Shown piece by piece: positions 1-11,552 of a DNA stretch of 64,000 nt. A program made the translations under genes and the position numbers. Every line of letters begins with the position of its first letter. The first letter of the stretch is position 1. This DNA comes from Selaginella moellendorffii. Taxonomy: Eukaryota; Plantae; Lycopodiophyta. The DNA lies in contig NW_003314395.1 in assembly GCF_000143415.4 (NCBI RefSeq), forward strand, positions 186,768-250,767, given 5' to 3'. The notes under the pieces were generated by a model. It saw only the letters and a list, made by a program, of their open reading frames with translations, was not told the origin of the DNA and made no database searches.

Positions 1-575
1 TTAAAAATTAAGTCTTTTATTTAAAGTGTACCTATACGTGTTAGCAGCAAAGATGATAAGTAAAATGACAGGAGTGCCTTTCAGAGGAATCCTCATCCTT
101 TGGAACAGCTTTTTCACGTAGGAACCAGTGAAGACTACAACGACCAAAGCTAAATATGCACTCAATATTGACCACGATGCCTTGGTTCCGATGAAATCGT
201 ATACCACATACAGGAGGCTGAAGAGGAGCGGCAACATCATCGTAGACAAGCTTGAAAAGAAGATCACCCAAAGAGAAGACATGAGATTGTCGAGCTCCTG
301 AGCTTTTCTTTCCTTGTTATCAACAATTGCTATCATACACCCAAATATGGAGATAGTTGCAGCCATAAAGAGGTGGAAGCAACGCCCCTTATCCGCGGGT
401 GTTGCATTCTCTCTGATCTTCTGTGCCACGTGGCAGGCGGCCCCCTCCCAGGCTGAGGCTCAGCCTGCGCCTTCTCCACGTGCTTTGGGCCCGGGAGAGT
501 CCTCCCCGATGAGGGAGATTCCCAACTGGAGACATGTGGAAGCCACAAAAGTGAAAGGTGTAATCAGCAATTTGG
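1..575 (-). pseudogene. Disrupted copy of the orphan multi-pass membrane protein gene (copy 1)
   Basis: Near-identical to 1774-2319 and 11553-12083 (ATPxxKGRCFHLFMAATIS...). Interrupted by an unrelated ~95 bp GC-rich insert at ~415-508 and lacks its 5' end. Confidence 0.8.
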
Positions 576-599
576 CCAATCGCGCCACTATTAACAATG

Positions 600-1650
600 C
601 CACTAGAAGAAAATTTTACACCAACTTTCATAAGGTAATGCGACTACCCACTGCATGTTCAGCCATTTAAAGCATATTTCCGGGACAAACAACAAACTCC
701 GAGAGGGAAAGACGAGAGAGAGACACTCAAGGTCTCATTTTTAGTCTTGATTCTTTTGATTTCCTCTCGAACAAACGCAGCAAGCAGGGAAGAGATCTCA
801 TGGGTCTACAGGGAGAAGTAAGATTGAGCGGTCTCAAAGTGAAAGTCCACAAGATCTCGACGGTGGTTCCAGCCGGAGAGACCGAGCAATGCACGCTCTT
901 CATGTCCAACATCGACCAGGTACTGGCTTACTATGTCGAGACACCTACCATTTCTTGGCTGGGAGATTCAAGCTCAATCCCAAGCTGGGGAGGATGGAGC
1001 TGGAATGCAACCTCGAAGGGATCTCTTATCTGGGCGATACCAGTGTTCCAAATCAGCTCTTCCGCAATCTCGTTCTCCTTCCGTACGAAGGCAAGGCTCT
1101 CAACGATGCTCCTCTCATCATAATCCAGGTTCGTTCCTTGTTTTTCTAGCGTTTGTTCTTCGTTCTTCCTTGGAGAGAGCTTGGTTTCTTTGGGTGTTGG
1201 AATGCATGAGGATCGTATGGTTGCTCCGCTGCCAAAGGGATTCTCTGAGACCATCGCCGACGAGTACGTACGGTCGTCTGCGCTCCACCGTGGGAATTCA
1301 TCTCTCCGTGGTGGAAGATCCGCTTCCAGGAGCTGCCGCTCTACGCGGGGCCCGTGGTAAACGACCGGGTAGAATTTGTTTTACTATAATGGTAAACAGG
1401 AGCCGGCAGAGACCTCCAAGTTTGGCTGTTGGATTGTTTTCCCTAGGAAAATAGGAAAATGGTTTTTTATCGGACGGTGGACGGCGTCCGATGTGAAGCC
1501 CATCCCGACCGTTGGATTCGTCGCTTAAACCTCTTTTCCTTTAAGCTTTTGGCTATGGTCGCTGTGAGCCGATCTCCGTGGAGCTCAAGCGGCACCCGCA
1601 TTGCCGTCGTGGGCTTTCCTCTGCGTCGTTTCTTCGTCGACGATTGCCAT
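600..1650 (+). pseudogene. Deletion-collapsed duplicate of the BAHD acyltransferase locus and FabZ 5' end
   Basis: Collinear pieces match 17690-19900: promoter, MGLQGEVRLS exon 1, intron start, exon 2 fragments, intergenic DNA and the FabZ transit-peptide region. Many internal deletions and frameshifts. Confidence 0.85.
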
Positions 1651-1773
1651 TGTCGGAGGCACCGTAAGGTTTGAACCACAGCACTGCGACAGAAACGAGC
1701 AAACACAAAAAAAAAAAGCTCTATAAAGTTCGAAAACTCACTATAACACAAAGAAACTGTAAATTTATCAAAG

Positions 1774-2319
1774 TCATTTTTTATATAAAGTGTACCCATA
1801 CGTATTAGCAGCAAAGATGATAAGTAAAATGACAAGAGTGCCTCTCAGAGGAATCCTCATCCTTTGGAACAGCTTTTTCACATAGGAACCAGTGAAGACT
1901 ACAACGACCAAAACTAAATATGCACCCATTATTGACCACGATGCCTTTGTTCTGCTGAAGCCGTAGACAACATACAGGAGGCTGAAGACGAGTGGTAGCA
2001 TCATTGTAGACAAGCTCGCAAAGAAGATCACCCAAAGAGAGGACATGAGATTGTCGAGCTCCTGAGCTTTTCTTTCCTTGTTATCAACAATTGCTATCAT
2101 ACACCCTGCTAATCCAAATACGGAGATGGTTGGAGCCATAAAGAGGTGGAAGCAACGCCCCTTCTCCACGGGCGTTGCATTCTCTTTGATGAGGGAGATT
2201 CCTGACTGGAGGCATGTAGAAGCCACAAAAGTGAAAGGTGTAATCCGCAATTTGGCAAACTTCAATGCTTCTTTGTTGGGGACAGCATTAGCTTCTGCAA
2301 TCTTTCCCGCTTCTTCCAT
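1774..2319 (-). CDS. Orphan multi-pass membrane protein (copy 2, intact ORF, ~181 aa)
   Basis: Single-exon ORF from ATG 2319 (MEEAGK...) with 4-5 hydrophobic stretches. Five paralogous copies lie within the first 12.1 kb. Confidence 0.65.
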   Translation of the reverse strand: MEEAGKIAEANAVPNKEALKFAKLRITPFTFVASTCLQSGISLIKENATPVEKGRCFHLFMAPTISVFGLAGCMIAIVDNKERKAQELDNLMSSLWVIFFASLSTMMLPLVFSLLYVVYGFSRTKASWSIMGAYLVLVVVVFTGSYVKKLFQRMRIPLRGTLVILLIIFAANTYGYTLYKK

Positions 2320-2684
2320 TAAACTCAAAGTCCTTTCCCTGCAAGCTGCTGATTTTGTTGAGCGGGATGATGAGAGTGCTAAGATGGATCACATGGCCTT
2401 GATCGACCAGCAAAACACACTATATATTCTTTAGATTCCGTGGAATGCCTTGAATCGGTATTTGCCGCACGATAAGCGACTTGCCACAATAAATAATAAC
2501 ATGTATACTTTTCTATAAATAATAACATGTATACTTTTCTTTGTTTTGTTCTTACAAGTCAAACTGATTCTGGCATTTTGCTACATGAGCAGCAACGAGA
2601 AACAAATCTCTGCAACATGGCAAGTGTCACTTGATTTTACATGGGGATCCGATAACCTACAAACAGCTTCTTTGTGTCTTGTTC

Positions 2685-3581
2685 TTACATAATCTTGCAA
2701 ATCAAGTTCCTGGTAAACAGCTCGCTGGTGTTGTTCACGATCCAGGGGTGACCAAGAACTTGCTCCACCGTCAGCCTCCGGCTCGGATAAACCTCCAACA
2801 TCCCCATGATCAAATCCTTTGCCTCGCTCGACACATCACTCCAATCCAGTGCAAACTCCACATTGTCCACGCTTTTCAGCAATGACTCCACATAATCAGA
2901 GTGGTACTCAGGGAACGCCACCCTTCCGCTAACGAGCTCATATAGAATGAGTCCGAGCCCCCAAACGTCCACCGCTTGAGTGTAGTATTTCGGCCATCCG
3001 CCCTCACCAGCCCTGAGAACATCTGGCGACATATACCCAGGGGTGCCACAAAGGTGGTGCATCTCGTCTGCCCGGTCAGTCGCAACCCCAAAGTCAGACA
3101 GCTTCACCTCGTAAGGTTGCGCTGGATGCGTCAGCAAAACGTTTTCCAGCTTCATATCCCTGTGCACCACCCCAAGGTTGTGCATCTCCCTCAGCGTCTC
3201 GGCCAGGCTCTTGGTCACAAACGCCGCCTCGTCATCCGCCAGCCTCCCCACCATCTTGAGCCTGTCCCGGAGAGTGCACGAGCAGAGCTCCAAGATTAGG
3301 GATCCCCACCAGCGGCCCTTGCGCTCCTCCTCGACCATGTCGTAGATCTCTAGTGTACCATGGCAGCCATTGAGTTTGAGCATGATTTCCTTCTCTCTCT
3401 CACCCGACCTCTCGAAGCTCTTAGCCGCTAGCAACTTACCACCCATTCTAAAGCTTACAAGGTGTACAGTGCCTTGCCCTCCCTTTCCAAGCTCAAAACC
3501 CACATCGTACATCTTCCTCAACGACGACAGCTCCTCGCTCACAACCAACTCACCAGTCTCGACCGCTCTCCACACAGTCAT
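2685..3581 (-). CDS. Intronless kinase-only Ser/Thr protein kinase (CAMK/CDPK-PPCK-like), copy 1
   Basis: Motifs LGKGGQG, AAK, HRDMKLEN, DFG, GTPGYMSPD, DVWGLG and EAKDLI...HPWI. No EF hands or regulatory tail. Confidence 0.9.
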   Translation of the reverse strand: MTVWRAVETGELVVSEELSSLRKMYDVGFELGKGGQGTVHLVSFRMGGKLLAAKSFERSGEREKEIMLKLNGCHGTLEIYDMVEEERKGRWWGSLILELCSCTLRDRLKMVGRLADDEAAFVTKSLAETLREMHNLGVVHRDMKLENVLLTHPAQPYEVKLSDFGVATDRADEMHHLCGTPGYMSPDVLRAGEGGWPKYYTQAVDVWGLGLILYELVSGRVAFPEYHSDYVESLLKSVDNVEFALDWSDVSSEAKDLIMGMLEVYPSRRLTVEQVLGHPWIVNNTSELFTRNLICKIM

Positions 3582-3660
3582 GGCGAGATTAAACAACGAT
3601 TGTTAGCGTGACCTAAAGGGAACTGCCTTTAAGTCTTGATCAAACCAGATTGAGTTATGA

Positions 3661-4226
3661 TCAAGACTTGCAGACCTTTGCGGTGAATTCCACGACATAG
3701 AGATTGTTTCCTTTGCTCGTTTCTTTCGCTGTGCCCGTGGCTCCTTCAAATCTTCCGGTGCCACCAACGATGGCGAAAAGAGCTTGAGATCCAGCGGTCG
3801 AGCTCCCGGCCTCGCCTTGAAACTCGAGGCTGCTACCATCAGCAAAGGAGCAATGCGAGGACTGGAAGCTCCCCAGGCCGGTGTTTGCGAGGATTCCCAT
3901 GTATGTCCCCATGCATAACCTGGTATAGCCCTTGGTGGAGACCAAGAATGGGGCTGCGAATGTCTGCATTGATCCGGGTCTACCAGCGTTGTCTTTGGGA
4001 AGAACGTAGAACTCGTTTTGGTTGATCCCCGTGTCCGTAAACAGGGACTGGCCTTGGAAGGTGTAGGTCTTGCACTGTTTCACAAGATCCAGATGGTAGA
4101 AATTCTTAAGATCTTGACTAGCAATGCAAAGCATGGATAAGAAAATGGAGTCTATACCTTGATGGACGATGCTGATGTCGCTAATGCCAGGATGATTAAG
4201 AAGATCCCAATTCCAGAGGAGGCCAT
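3661..4226 (-). CDS. Secreted dirigent / allene-oxide-cyclase-like beta-barrel protein
   Basis: Exon 1 (4226-4158) encodes a signal-peptide-like MASSGIGIFLIILALATSASSIK. Phase-0 GT-AG intron at 4157-4075. Exon 2 contains DGSSLEFQG and FAIVGGTGRFEGATG (dirigent/AOC C-terminal motif). Confidence 0.75.
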
Positions 4227-4734
4227 TTGGCCTATTATGTAGAATGCTCTAGCCTAGAGCTCTCCATATCTTAGATAAATAGAAAGATACCAGAGTACAC
4301 GTGAAATACGTGAGCGTCGATCCATTAACACTGGGCCGAGGCTGAAGAAGGACGAGATTGTGAAACAAAACTTGGCAGGAAGAGCTCGTGCATGTCGCCG
4401 TTGGTTTCTCGACACAACAGTTGAGGATAATTTGTTCGATCTCTCAAGTATAGAACTGTGCATTTCATATTAGTCCCAGCTGCACCACACAGGGCATATC
4501 AAAATGTGTGGACTACAAAAATTTGAATTCCCATATAATCTCAAAAAGACATAACAAGGAAAAAGTCTCTTCGGAGACACCAGATAAAATTGGAACGATA
4601 ACAAGGAAAAAAAAAAAAGGAATGAGATCCTATACTAGTTATCTACCTTTAAACCTCGCATCTGGATCGTACTTTAGTCTCCTACAAACATCCAAGAACC
4701 AGGGTTCTGCTTCAATTTTTTCACGTTTAAGTTC

Positions 4735-5275
4735 ATGGCAGAAGGAGCAACGATTGCTAATTCTAATGAGGCTAACGGGAAAGAATCATTGAAGCTGGCC
4801 AAATTGCTGATTACACCTTTCACTTTTGTGGCTTCCACATGACTCCAGTCGGGAATCTCCCTCATCAGAGAGAATGCAACGCCCGCAGAGAAGGGGCGTT
4901 CCTTCCACCTCTTTATGGCTGCAACCATCTCCGTATTTGGATTGGCAGGGTGTATGATAGCAATTGTTGATAACAAGGAAAGAAAAGCTCAGGAGCTCGA
5001 CAATCTCACGTCCTCTCTTTGGGTGATCTTCTTTGCGAGCTTGTCTACGATGCTGTTGTCGCTCCTCTACAGCCTCCTGTATGTTGTCTACGACATCAGC
5101 GAAACGAAGGCATCGTGGTCAATAATGGGTGCGTATTTAGTTTTGGTCGTTGTAGTCTTCACTGGTTCCTACGTGAAAAAGCTGTTCCAAAGGATGAGGA
5201 TTCCTCTGAGAGGCACTCCTGTCATTTAATTTATCATCAGTGCTGCTAATGAGTATGGGTACACTTTATATAAAT
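4735..5275 (+). pseudogene. Orphan membrane protein gene copy 3 (premature stop and frameshift)
   Basis: Paralog of 11553-12083 with TGT>TGA at 4840-4842 and a frameshift near 5227. Confidence 0.8.
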
Positions 5276-5539
5276 AAAAGACTTAATTTTATAACGTGAT
5301 AGATTTACAATTTCCTTTGTTACAGAGATTGTTTTTGTTTACTTGCTCGTTTCTCTCGCAGTGCCGTGGCTCCTTCAAACCTTATGGTGCTTCCGACAAT
5401 GCCGAAAAGAGCTTAAGAGGGGGCTGCCAATGTCTTCATTGACCGCATGGATAAGAAAATGGAGGACGATGATGTCGCTAATGCTCATCCATTTCTTAGA
5501 TACATAGAAAAATAGTGGCATGAATCTTGGGAGATTTTG

Positions 5540-6345
5540 ATGAGGGGGTTTAAAGGTTTTAGCAGCTGCTCGTGGGCAATGCAGCAACACCAGGAGTGGG
5601 CGGGGCTCCAGTCGTGGAGGTCCCCGGCGGCGCCACCCAATGAGCGGCGCCGCTGGGGGGATGCCGGCCCTGAGATGGTGGCGACTCCCTTAGATCACGC
5701 TGGTTCTTTCTCTCCTCCCCCTCGCAGCCTCGCGGAATGGGGCGCCTTGATCCTCGCCACCCCTCGTCCACTCTCCAAATCCCACTTGACGCACCACGCT
5801 TACAAGCTTTGGTGCAGTGGTGCTCTTCCGATTGGTGTAGCGGTCGCCATGGATTCTCCCGCAAGGCCAGAGAAGCCTCAGCTGGTAAGATTCTTCTTCT
5901 TTTCTCTCGAAGTTCTAGACATTCGTTTGTTCTTGCTGTGCCTATAGGTGCATCCAAGGAGAGTTCCAACAGCCAAAGTTCTGGGGATATCTCCCAGCGT
6001 TCATATGATCCATAACTTGGCACACATCGAGCTCAACGCCGTGGATCTTGCATGGGACACTGTGGTGCGCTTCTCGGCGTCGGGTGGCGAGCTCGATTCG
6101 CAGTTTTTCGCGGATTTTGCTCACGTTGCGGACGACGAGAGCCGGCATTTCTGCTGGTGCGAGCAGCGATTGAAGGAGCTTGGTTCCAGGTATTTAGAAA
6201 CTTGTAGTTTTCTCTTCATTTATCGTTTCTTTACCATAGTTACGGAGATGTTCCGGCGCACAATTTGCTCTGGAAGGATTGCCAGAAAACTTCTGGAAGC
6301 GTGGATGCTCGTCTCGCAGTTATTCCAATGGTCCAGGTGCCTATA
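5540..6345 (+). pseudogene. 3'-truncated duplicate of the DUF455 gene (exons 1-3)
   Basis: Nearly identical to 16019-16825. Ends just after the exon 3 donor at a chimeric junction. Confidence 0.85.
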
Positions 6346-6503
6346 CGCTTCCACTTGAAGAGCTAAGAACTATTCTACCAAGCAACGAAAGTAGAAATAG
6401 AAGGAATGGCAAAACGGGGATCAACCAAAACGAGTTCTACGTTCTTCCCAAAGACAACACTGGTAGACCCGGATCAATGCAGATATTCGCAGCCCCATTC
6501 TTG

Positions 6504-8060
6504 CCAATCTCAGGGCGGACATGACACTCGCGGGCTTCGATGGTTTCAGGATCCAGAGGTCGGACCAGAGCGTTCCCTTTTTGGGCGATGGAAGCGACGA
6601 CAGCAAGCTCCCTTCCGGGACCCTCTGTGTTCTCAGCCACAAAGAGAAGGAGATCATGAACGCTTTGGACGGTGCCGGAGTCCAGCCCACGGAGTCCGAG
6701 ATCGCGCAAGAGGTGGCGGTTTTGTCACAAACCAATATCTACAGGCCGGGGATCGATGTCACACAGGCCGAGCTCCAGCCGCATTTGACGTGGAGGAGGC
6801 AAGAGAAAACCGAGATGGTGGGCTCGTGGAAGGCGAAGATATACGACATGCATCATGTGACTGTCAGTGTCCGGTCGCGAAGGGTTCCAGGAGCCATGAC
6901 AGACGAGGAGCTGTTCGCTTCAGAAGAGGCCGAGGGAGAGGACGACGAAGACTACACCGATCTTCTAACCGAGGAGGAGAAGCAGCAACTGGACTCGGCG
7001 CTCAAGGCCGAGAATGGCGAGTTTATCGAGAAGGGATTTGACAAGGGTGGCAAGGACAACAGCAAGCTTCGCAGGCGCTTGGAGAACGGGGGGGATGATA
7101 TTATATTGGACGGATTGCTCGACGATGATATGAGCGTAGGTGGTGCTTCGTCTGGCTCGGATATCCACAGGGAGGACAGGAAGAGCTGGTTTAGCTGGGG
7201 GAAGAAGAGCGTCAAGCATGAAAACGCAAAGAAGGTGGAGCCGGCAAGGAAGTCTCTCAGCGTAGAAGTAGAGCGGGGTGGCAGGAATAACAGCAGAGGT
7301 CTTTCGACAGGCGACCATCGAATTATAGAGCGGAGGACACATTCGAGCTCAAGAAGGGATACATGGACAAGCCTGCCAGGAAGAGCGTAAGCAGGGAGTC
7401 GATTCACAAGCCTGGAAAGGCTGGCGCTGAAAACGAGTACCAGAAGGGATTGAGGCCGGTGCTGTGGCTCACGCCGGATTTTCCTCTGAGCACTGAGGAG
7501 TTTGTGCCGCTGCTGGACATCCTGTCCAACAAAGTGAAAGCGATTCGGAGGCTACGTGAGCTCTTGACAACCAAGCTACCGACTGGAACGTTTCCAGTCA
7601 AGGTAAGTTTATTTTCTTTTCTCGTTTCTCCAGTTCTTCGGTGACCAAACTTTGTTTGTTTTTTGCTTCGTCTCAGCTGGCCATACCAGTAGTGCCCACC
7701 ATCAGAGTCGTCGTGACTTTCACTCGCTTTGACGAGATCCGCGCGCCGTCGGAGGAGTTTTCCACGCCACTCTCGAGTCCTCGCCACTTCCAAGACGCAA
7801 AAGCCAAGGAGGGCGATGCTCCGCAAGCACAGGCATCATCGGCGAGTTCATGGTTTTCGTGGATGCGACCTCACAGCCAGGCAAGCTCGTCGGCGGTGTC
7901 GGACGATCACGGGCCCGACTTGGTGGATCCGTTTCTCATCCCCAGTGACTACACCTGGGTGGACGTGAACGAGAAGAAGCGGCGAGCCAAGGACAAGAAA
8001 TCGAAGAGCAAGAAGAATAAGAAGCCTCCTCCAGCGCAGGGAGAGACAACGAAGGGCTAG
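6504..8060 (+). pseudogene. 5'-truncated ANKRD13-like (GPCR-chaperone/DUF3424 domain) gene
   Basis: Motifs ANLRADMTLAGFDGFRIQRSDQ, TNIYRPGIDVTQAEL, EYQKGLRPVLWLTPDFPL and TKLPTGTFPVK|LAIPVVPTIRV. Ankyrin N-terminus is absent; frameshift near 7360; one intron at 7603-7676. Confidence 0.8.
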
Positions 8061-8159
8061 TCTGCTTGCTAGCTCTCACAAGTTACAACAAACAAAGGCT
8101 TTTGGATTTATTTTTTGTAGGCGATTTACCACACGAAATGAAATTCTTGTGTTCTTTCT

Positions 8160-8696
8160 TCACTTGTTGTATAGGGTGGAACCATACGAATTAGCAGCGA
8201 TGATGATCAGGAGCGTGATATAAGTGCCCCTCAGAGGAATTTTGATCAGCTTTTTCACGTAGGAACCAACGAGGATTAGAATGCCGACGAGAAAACACGC
8301 ACCCATGGTCGACCACGATGCCTTCGCTTCGCTAAAGTCGTAGGCAACATAGAAGAAGCTGAAAAAGAGTGGTGTCATCATCACGGACAAGCTCGTAAAG
8401 AAGATCATCGACATAGAGAGCATGAGCTTTTTGGCCTCTAGAGCTTTTCCCTGATCGTTATCAAGAAATGCTATTAGACACCCTGCCAATCCAAATGCCG
8501 AGATGATTGAAGCGAGAAGAAAGTGGAAGCAACGCCCCTTTTCCACTGGTGTGGCATCCTTTTTGATGAGGGAGATCCCTGACTGGAGGCATGTCGAAGC
8601 CACAAAAGTGAAAGGCGTAATCAGCAATTTGGCAAACTTCAATGCTTCTTTGTTGGGGGCAGCATTAGCTTCTGCAATCTTTCCCGCTTCTTCCAT
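8160..8696 (-). CDS. Orphan multi-pass membrane protein (copy 4, diverged C-terminal half)
   Basis: Intact ORF. N-terminal half is near-identical to copy 2; the TM half is clearly diverged. Confidence 0.65.
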   Translation of the reverse strand: MEEAGKIAEANAAPNKEALKFAKLLITPFTFVASTCLQSGISLIKKDATPVEKGRCFHFLLASIISAFGLAGCLIAFLDNDQGKALEAKKLMLSMSMIFFTSLSVMMTPLFFSFFYVAYDFSEAKASWSTMGACFLVGILILVGSYVKKLIKIPLRGTYITLLIIIAANSYGSTLYNK

Positions 8697-9037
8697 TAAA
8701 CTCAAAGTCCTTCCCCTGCAAGCTGCCGATTTTGTTGAGCGGGATGATGAAGTGCTAATCTGGATCACATGGCCTTGATCGACCAGCAAAACACATTATA
8801 TATTCTTTAGATTCCGTGGAATGCCTTGAATCGGTATTTGCCGCACGATAAGCGACTTGCCACGACTTGCCACAAATAATCATATGTATACGTTTCTTTG
8901 TTTTTTTCTTACAAGTCAAACTGATTCTGGCATTTTGCTACATGAATAGCATTAAGGGAAACAAATCGCTGCAAACCGGCAAGTGTCACTTGATTTTACA
9001 TCCAATAACCTACAAACAGTTTCTTTTTGTCTTGTTC

Positions 9038-9934
9038 TTACATAATCTTGCAAATCAAGTTCCTGGTAAACAGCTCGCTGGTGTTGTTCACGATCCAGGG
9101 GTGACCAAGCACTTGCTCCACTGTCAGCCTCCGGCTCGGATAAACCTCCAACATCCCCATGATCAAATCCTTTGCCTCGCTCGACACATCACTCCAATCC
9201 AATGCAAACTCCACATTGTCCACGCTTTTCAGCAATAACTCCACATAATCAGAGTGGTATTCAGGGAACGCCACCCTTCCGCTAAGGAGCTCATATAGAA
9301 TGAGTCCGAGCCCCCAAACGTCCACCGCTTGAGTGTAGTATTTCGGCCATCCGCCCTCACCAGCCCTGAGAACGTCTGGCGACATATACCCAGGGGTGCC
9401 ACAAAGGTGGTGCATCTCGTCGGCCCGGTCAGTTGCAACCCCAAAGTCAGACAGCTTCACCTCGTAAGGTTGCGCTGGATGCGTCAGCAAAACGTTTTCC
9501 AGCTTCATATCCCTGTGCACCACCCCAAGGTTGTGCATCTCCCTCAGCGTCTCGGCCAGGCTCTTGGTCACAAACGCCGCCTCGTCATCCGCCAGCCTCC
9601 CCACCATCTTGAGCCTGTCCCGGAGAGTGCACGAGCAGAGCTCCAAGATTAGGGATCCCCACCAGCGGCCCTTGCGCTCCTCCTCGACCATGTCGTAGAT
9701 CTCTAGTGTACCATGGCAGCCATTGAGTTTGAGCATGATTTCCTTCTCTCTCTCACCCGACCTCTCGAAGCTCTTAGCCGCTAGCAACTTACCACCCATT
9801 CTAAAGCTTACAAGGTGTACAGTGCCTTGCCCTCCCTTTCCAAGCTCAAAACCCACATCGTACATCTTCCTCAACGACGACAGCTCCTCGCTCACAACCA
9901 ACTCACCAGTCTCGACCGCTCTCCACACAGTCAT
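9038..9934 (-). CDS. Intronless kinase-only Ser/Thr kinase, copy 2
   Basis: Two amino-acid differences from copy 1; all kinase motifs intact. Confidence 0.9.
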   Translation of the reverse strand: MTVWRAVETGELVVSEELSSLRKMYDVGFELGKGGQGTVHLVSFRMGGKLLAAKSFERSGEREKEIMLKLNGCHGTLEIYDMVEEERKGRWWGSLILELCSCTLRDRLKMVGRLADDEAAFVTKSLAETLREMHNLGVVHRDMKLENVLLTHPAQPYEVKLSDFGVATDRADEMHHLCGTPGYMSPDVLRAGEGGWPKYYTQAVDVWGLGLILYELLSGRVAFPEYHSDYVELLLKSVDNVEFALDWSDVSSEAKDLIMGMLEVYPSRRLTVEQVLGHPWIVNNTSELFTRNLICKIM

Positions 9935-10013
9935 GGCGAGATTAAACAACGATTGTTAGCGTGACCTAAAGGGAACTGCCTTTAAGTCTTGATCAAACCA
10001 GATTGAGTTATGA

Positions 10014-11091
10014 TCAAGACTTGCAGACCTTTGCGGTGAATTCCACGACATAGAGATTGTTTCCTTTGCTCGTTTCTTTCGCTGTGCCCGTGGCTCCTTC
10101 AAATCTTCCGGTGCCACCAACGATGGCGAAAAGAGCTTGAGATCCAGCGGTCGAGCTCCCGGCCTCGCCTTGAAACTCGAGGCTGCTACCATCAGCAAAG
10201 GAGCAATGCGAGGACTGGAAGCTCCCCAGGCCGGTGTTTGCGAGGATTCCCATGTATGTCCCCATGGATAACCTGGTATAGCCCTTGGTGGAGACCGAGA
10301 ATGGGGCTGCGAATGTCTGCATTGATCCGGGTCTACCAGCGTTGTCTTTGGGAAGAACGTAGAACTTGTTTTGGTTGATCCCCGTGTCCTTCTTTACATT
10401 AGTTATGGAGATGTTCCAGCGCACAATTTGCTCTGGAAGGATTGCCAGAAAACTTCTGGAAGCGTGGATGCTCGTGTCGCAGTTATTCCAATGGTCCAGG
10501 TGCCTATATGTTTTTTTTTTTCTGTTCTTTAGTTCTCCAACTTTTCTATTCGAGTTTCTCTACTGTTTCAGGAAGCTCGGGGTTTGGACGCTGGGCCGAG
10601 GCTGGTGGAAAGACTGAAGCAGCTCGGTGATGATAGAAGTGCCAAGATTGTGGAACAAATCTCTCAGGAAGAGCTTGCGCATGTCGCTGTTGGTGTCTCG
10701 TGGTTCCTGGATGTTTGCAGGAGACTAGAGTGCGATCCAGCCGCGAGGTTTAAAGGTGGATAAACTAGTACAGATCTTTTCTTCGATTTCGTGTCTGATC
10801 TCTTCCTTGCTTTCCTTGTTGCGAATGTCTGCATTGATCCGGGTCTACCAGCGTTGTCTTTGGGAAGAACGTAGAACTCGTTTTGGTTGATCCCCGTGTC
10901 CGTAAACAGGGACTGGCCTTGGAAGGTGTAGGTCTTGCACTGTTTCACAAGATCCAGATGGTAGAAATTCTTAAGATCTTGACTAGCAATGCAAAGCATG
11001 GATAAGAAAATGGAGTCTATACCTTGGAGGACGATGTTGATGTCGCTAATGCCAGGATGATCAAGAAGATCCCAATTCCAGAGGAGGCCAT
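10014..11091 (-). pseudogene. Dirigent/AOC-like gene copy 2, interrupted by a DUF455-derived insertion
   Basis: Matches 3661-4226, but 10390-10820 is a copy of DUF455 exons 3-4, flanked by an ~80 bp duplication. Confidence 0.85.
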
Positions 11092-11552
11092 TTGCCCCAA
11101 TGTGTAGAATGCTCTAGCCTAGCACTCTCCATATCATAGATAAATAGATAGATACCAGAGTACACGTGAAATACGTGAGCGCATCGATCCATTAACGCTG
11201 GGCCGAGGCTGAAGAAGGTCGGTGACGACGAGATTGTGGAACAAAACTTGGCAGGAAGAGCTCGTCGTTGTTTTCTCGTGGTTCTTGGATGTTTGTAGGA
11301 GACTAGAGTACGATCCAGCTGCGAGGTTTAAAGGTAGATAAAGATAACTAGTATTGCTCGTGTCTGATGTCATTCCTGTTTTTTTTCCTTTATATGGGAA
11401 TTCAATTTTTTGTAGTCCACACATTTTTTGATATGCCCTGTGTGGTGCAGCTGGGACTATATATGGAATGCACAGTTCTATACTTGAGAGACTGAACAAA
11501 TTATCCTCGACTGTTGTGTGCGTTCTGCTTCAATTTTTTTACGTTTAAGTTC

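Noticed and set aside
5540-8060. Functional DUF455-ANKRD13 chimeric gene
   Set aside because: The phase-0 donor at 6337 spliced to the nearest AG (6512-6513) enters the wrong frame for ANKRD13, and the ANKRD13 part is frameshifted near 7360.
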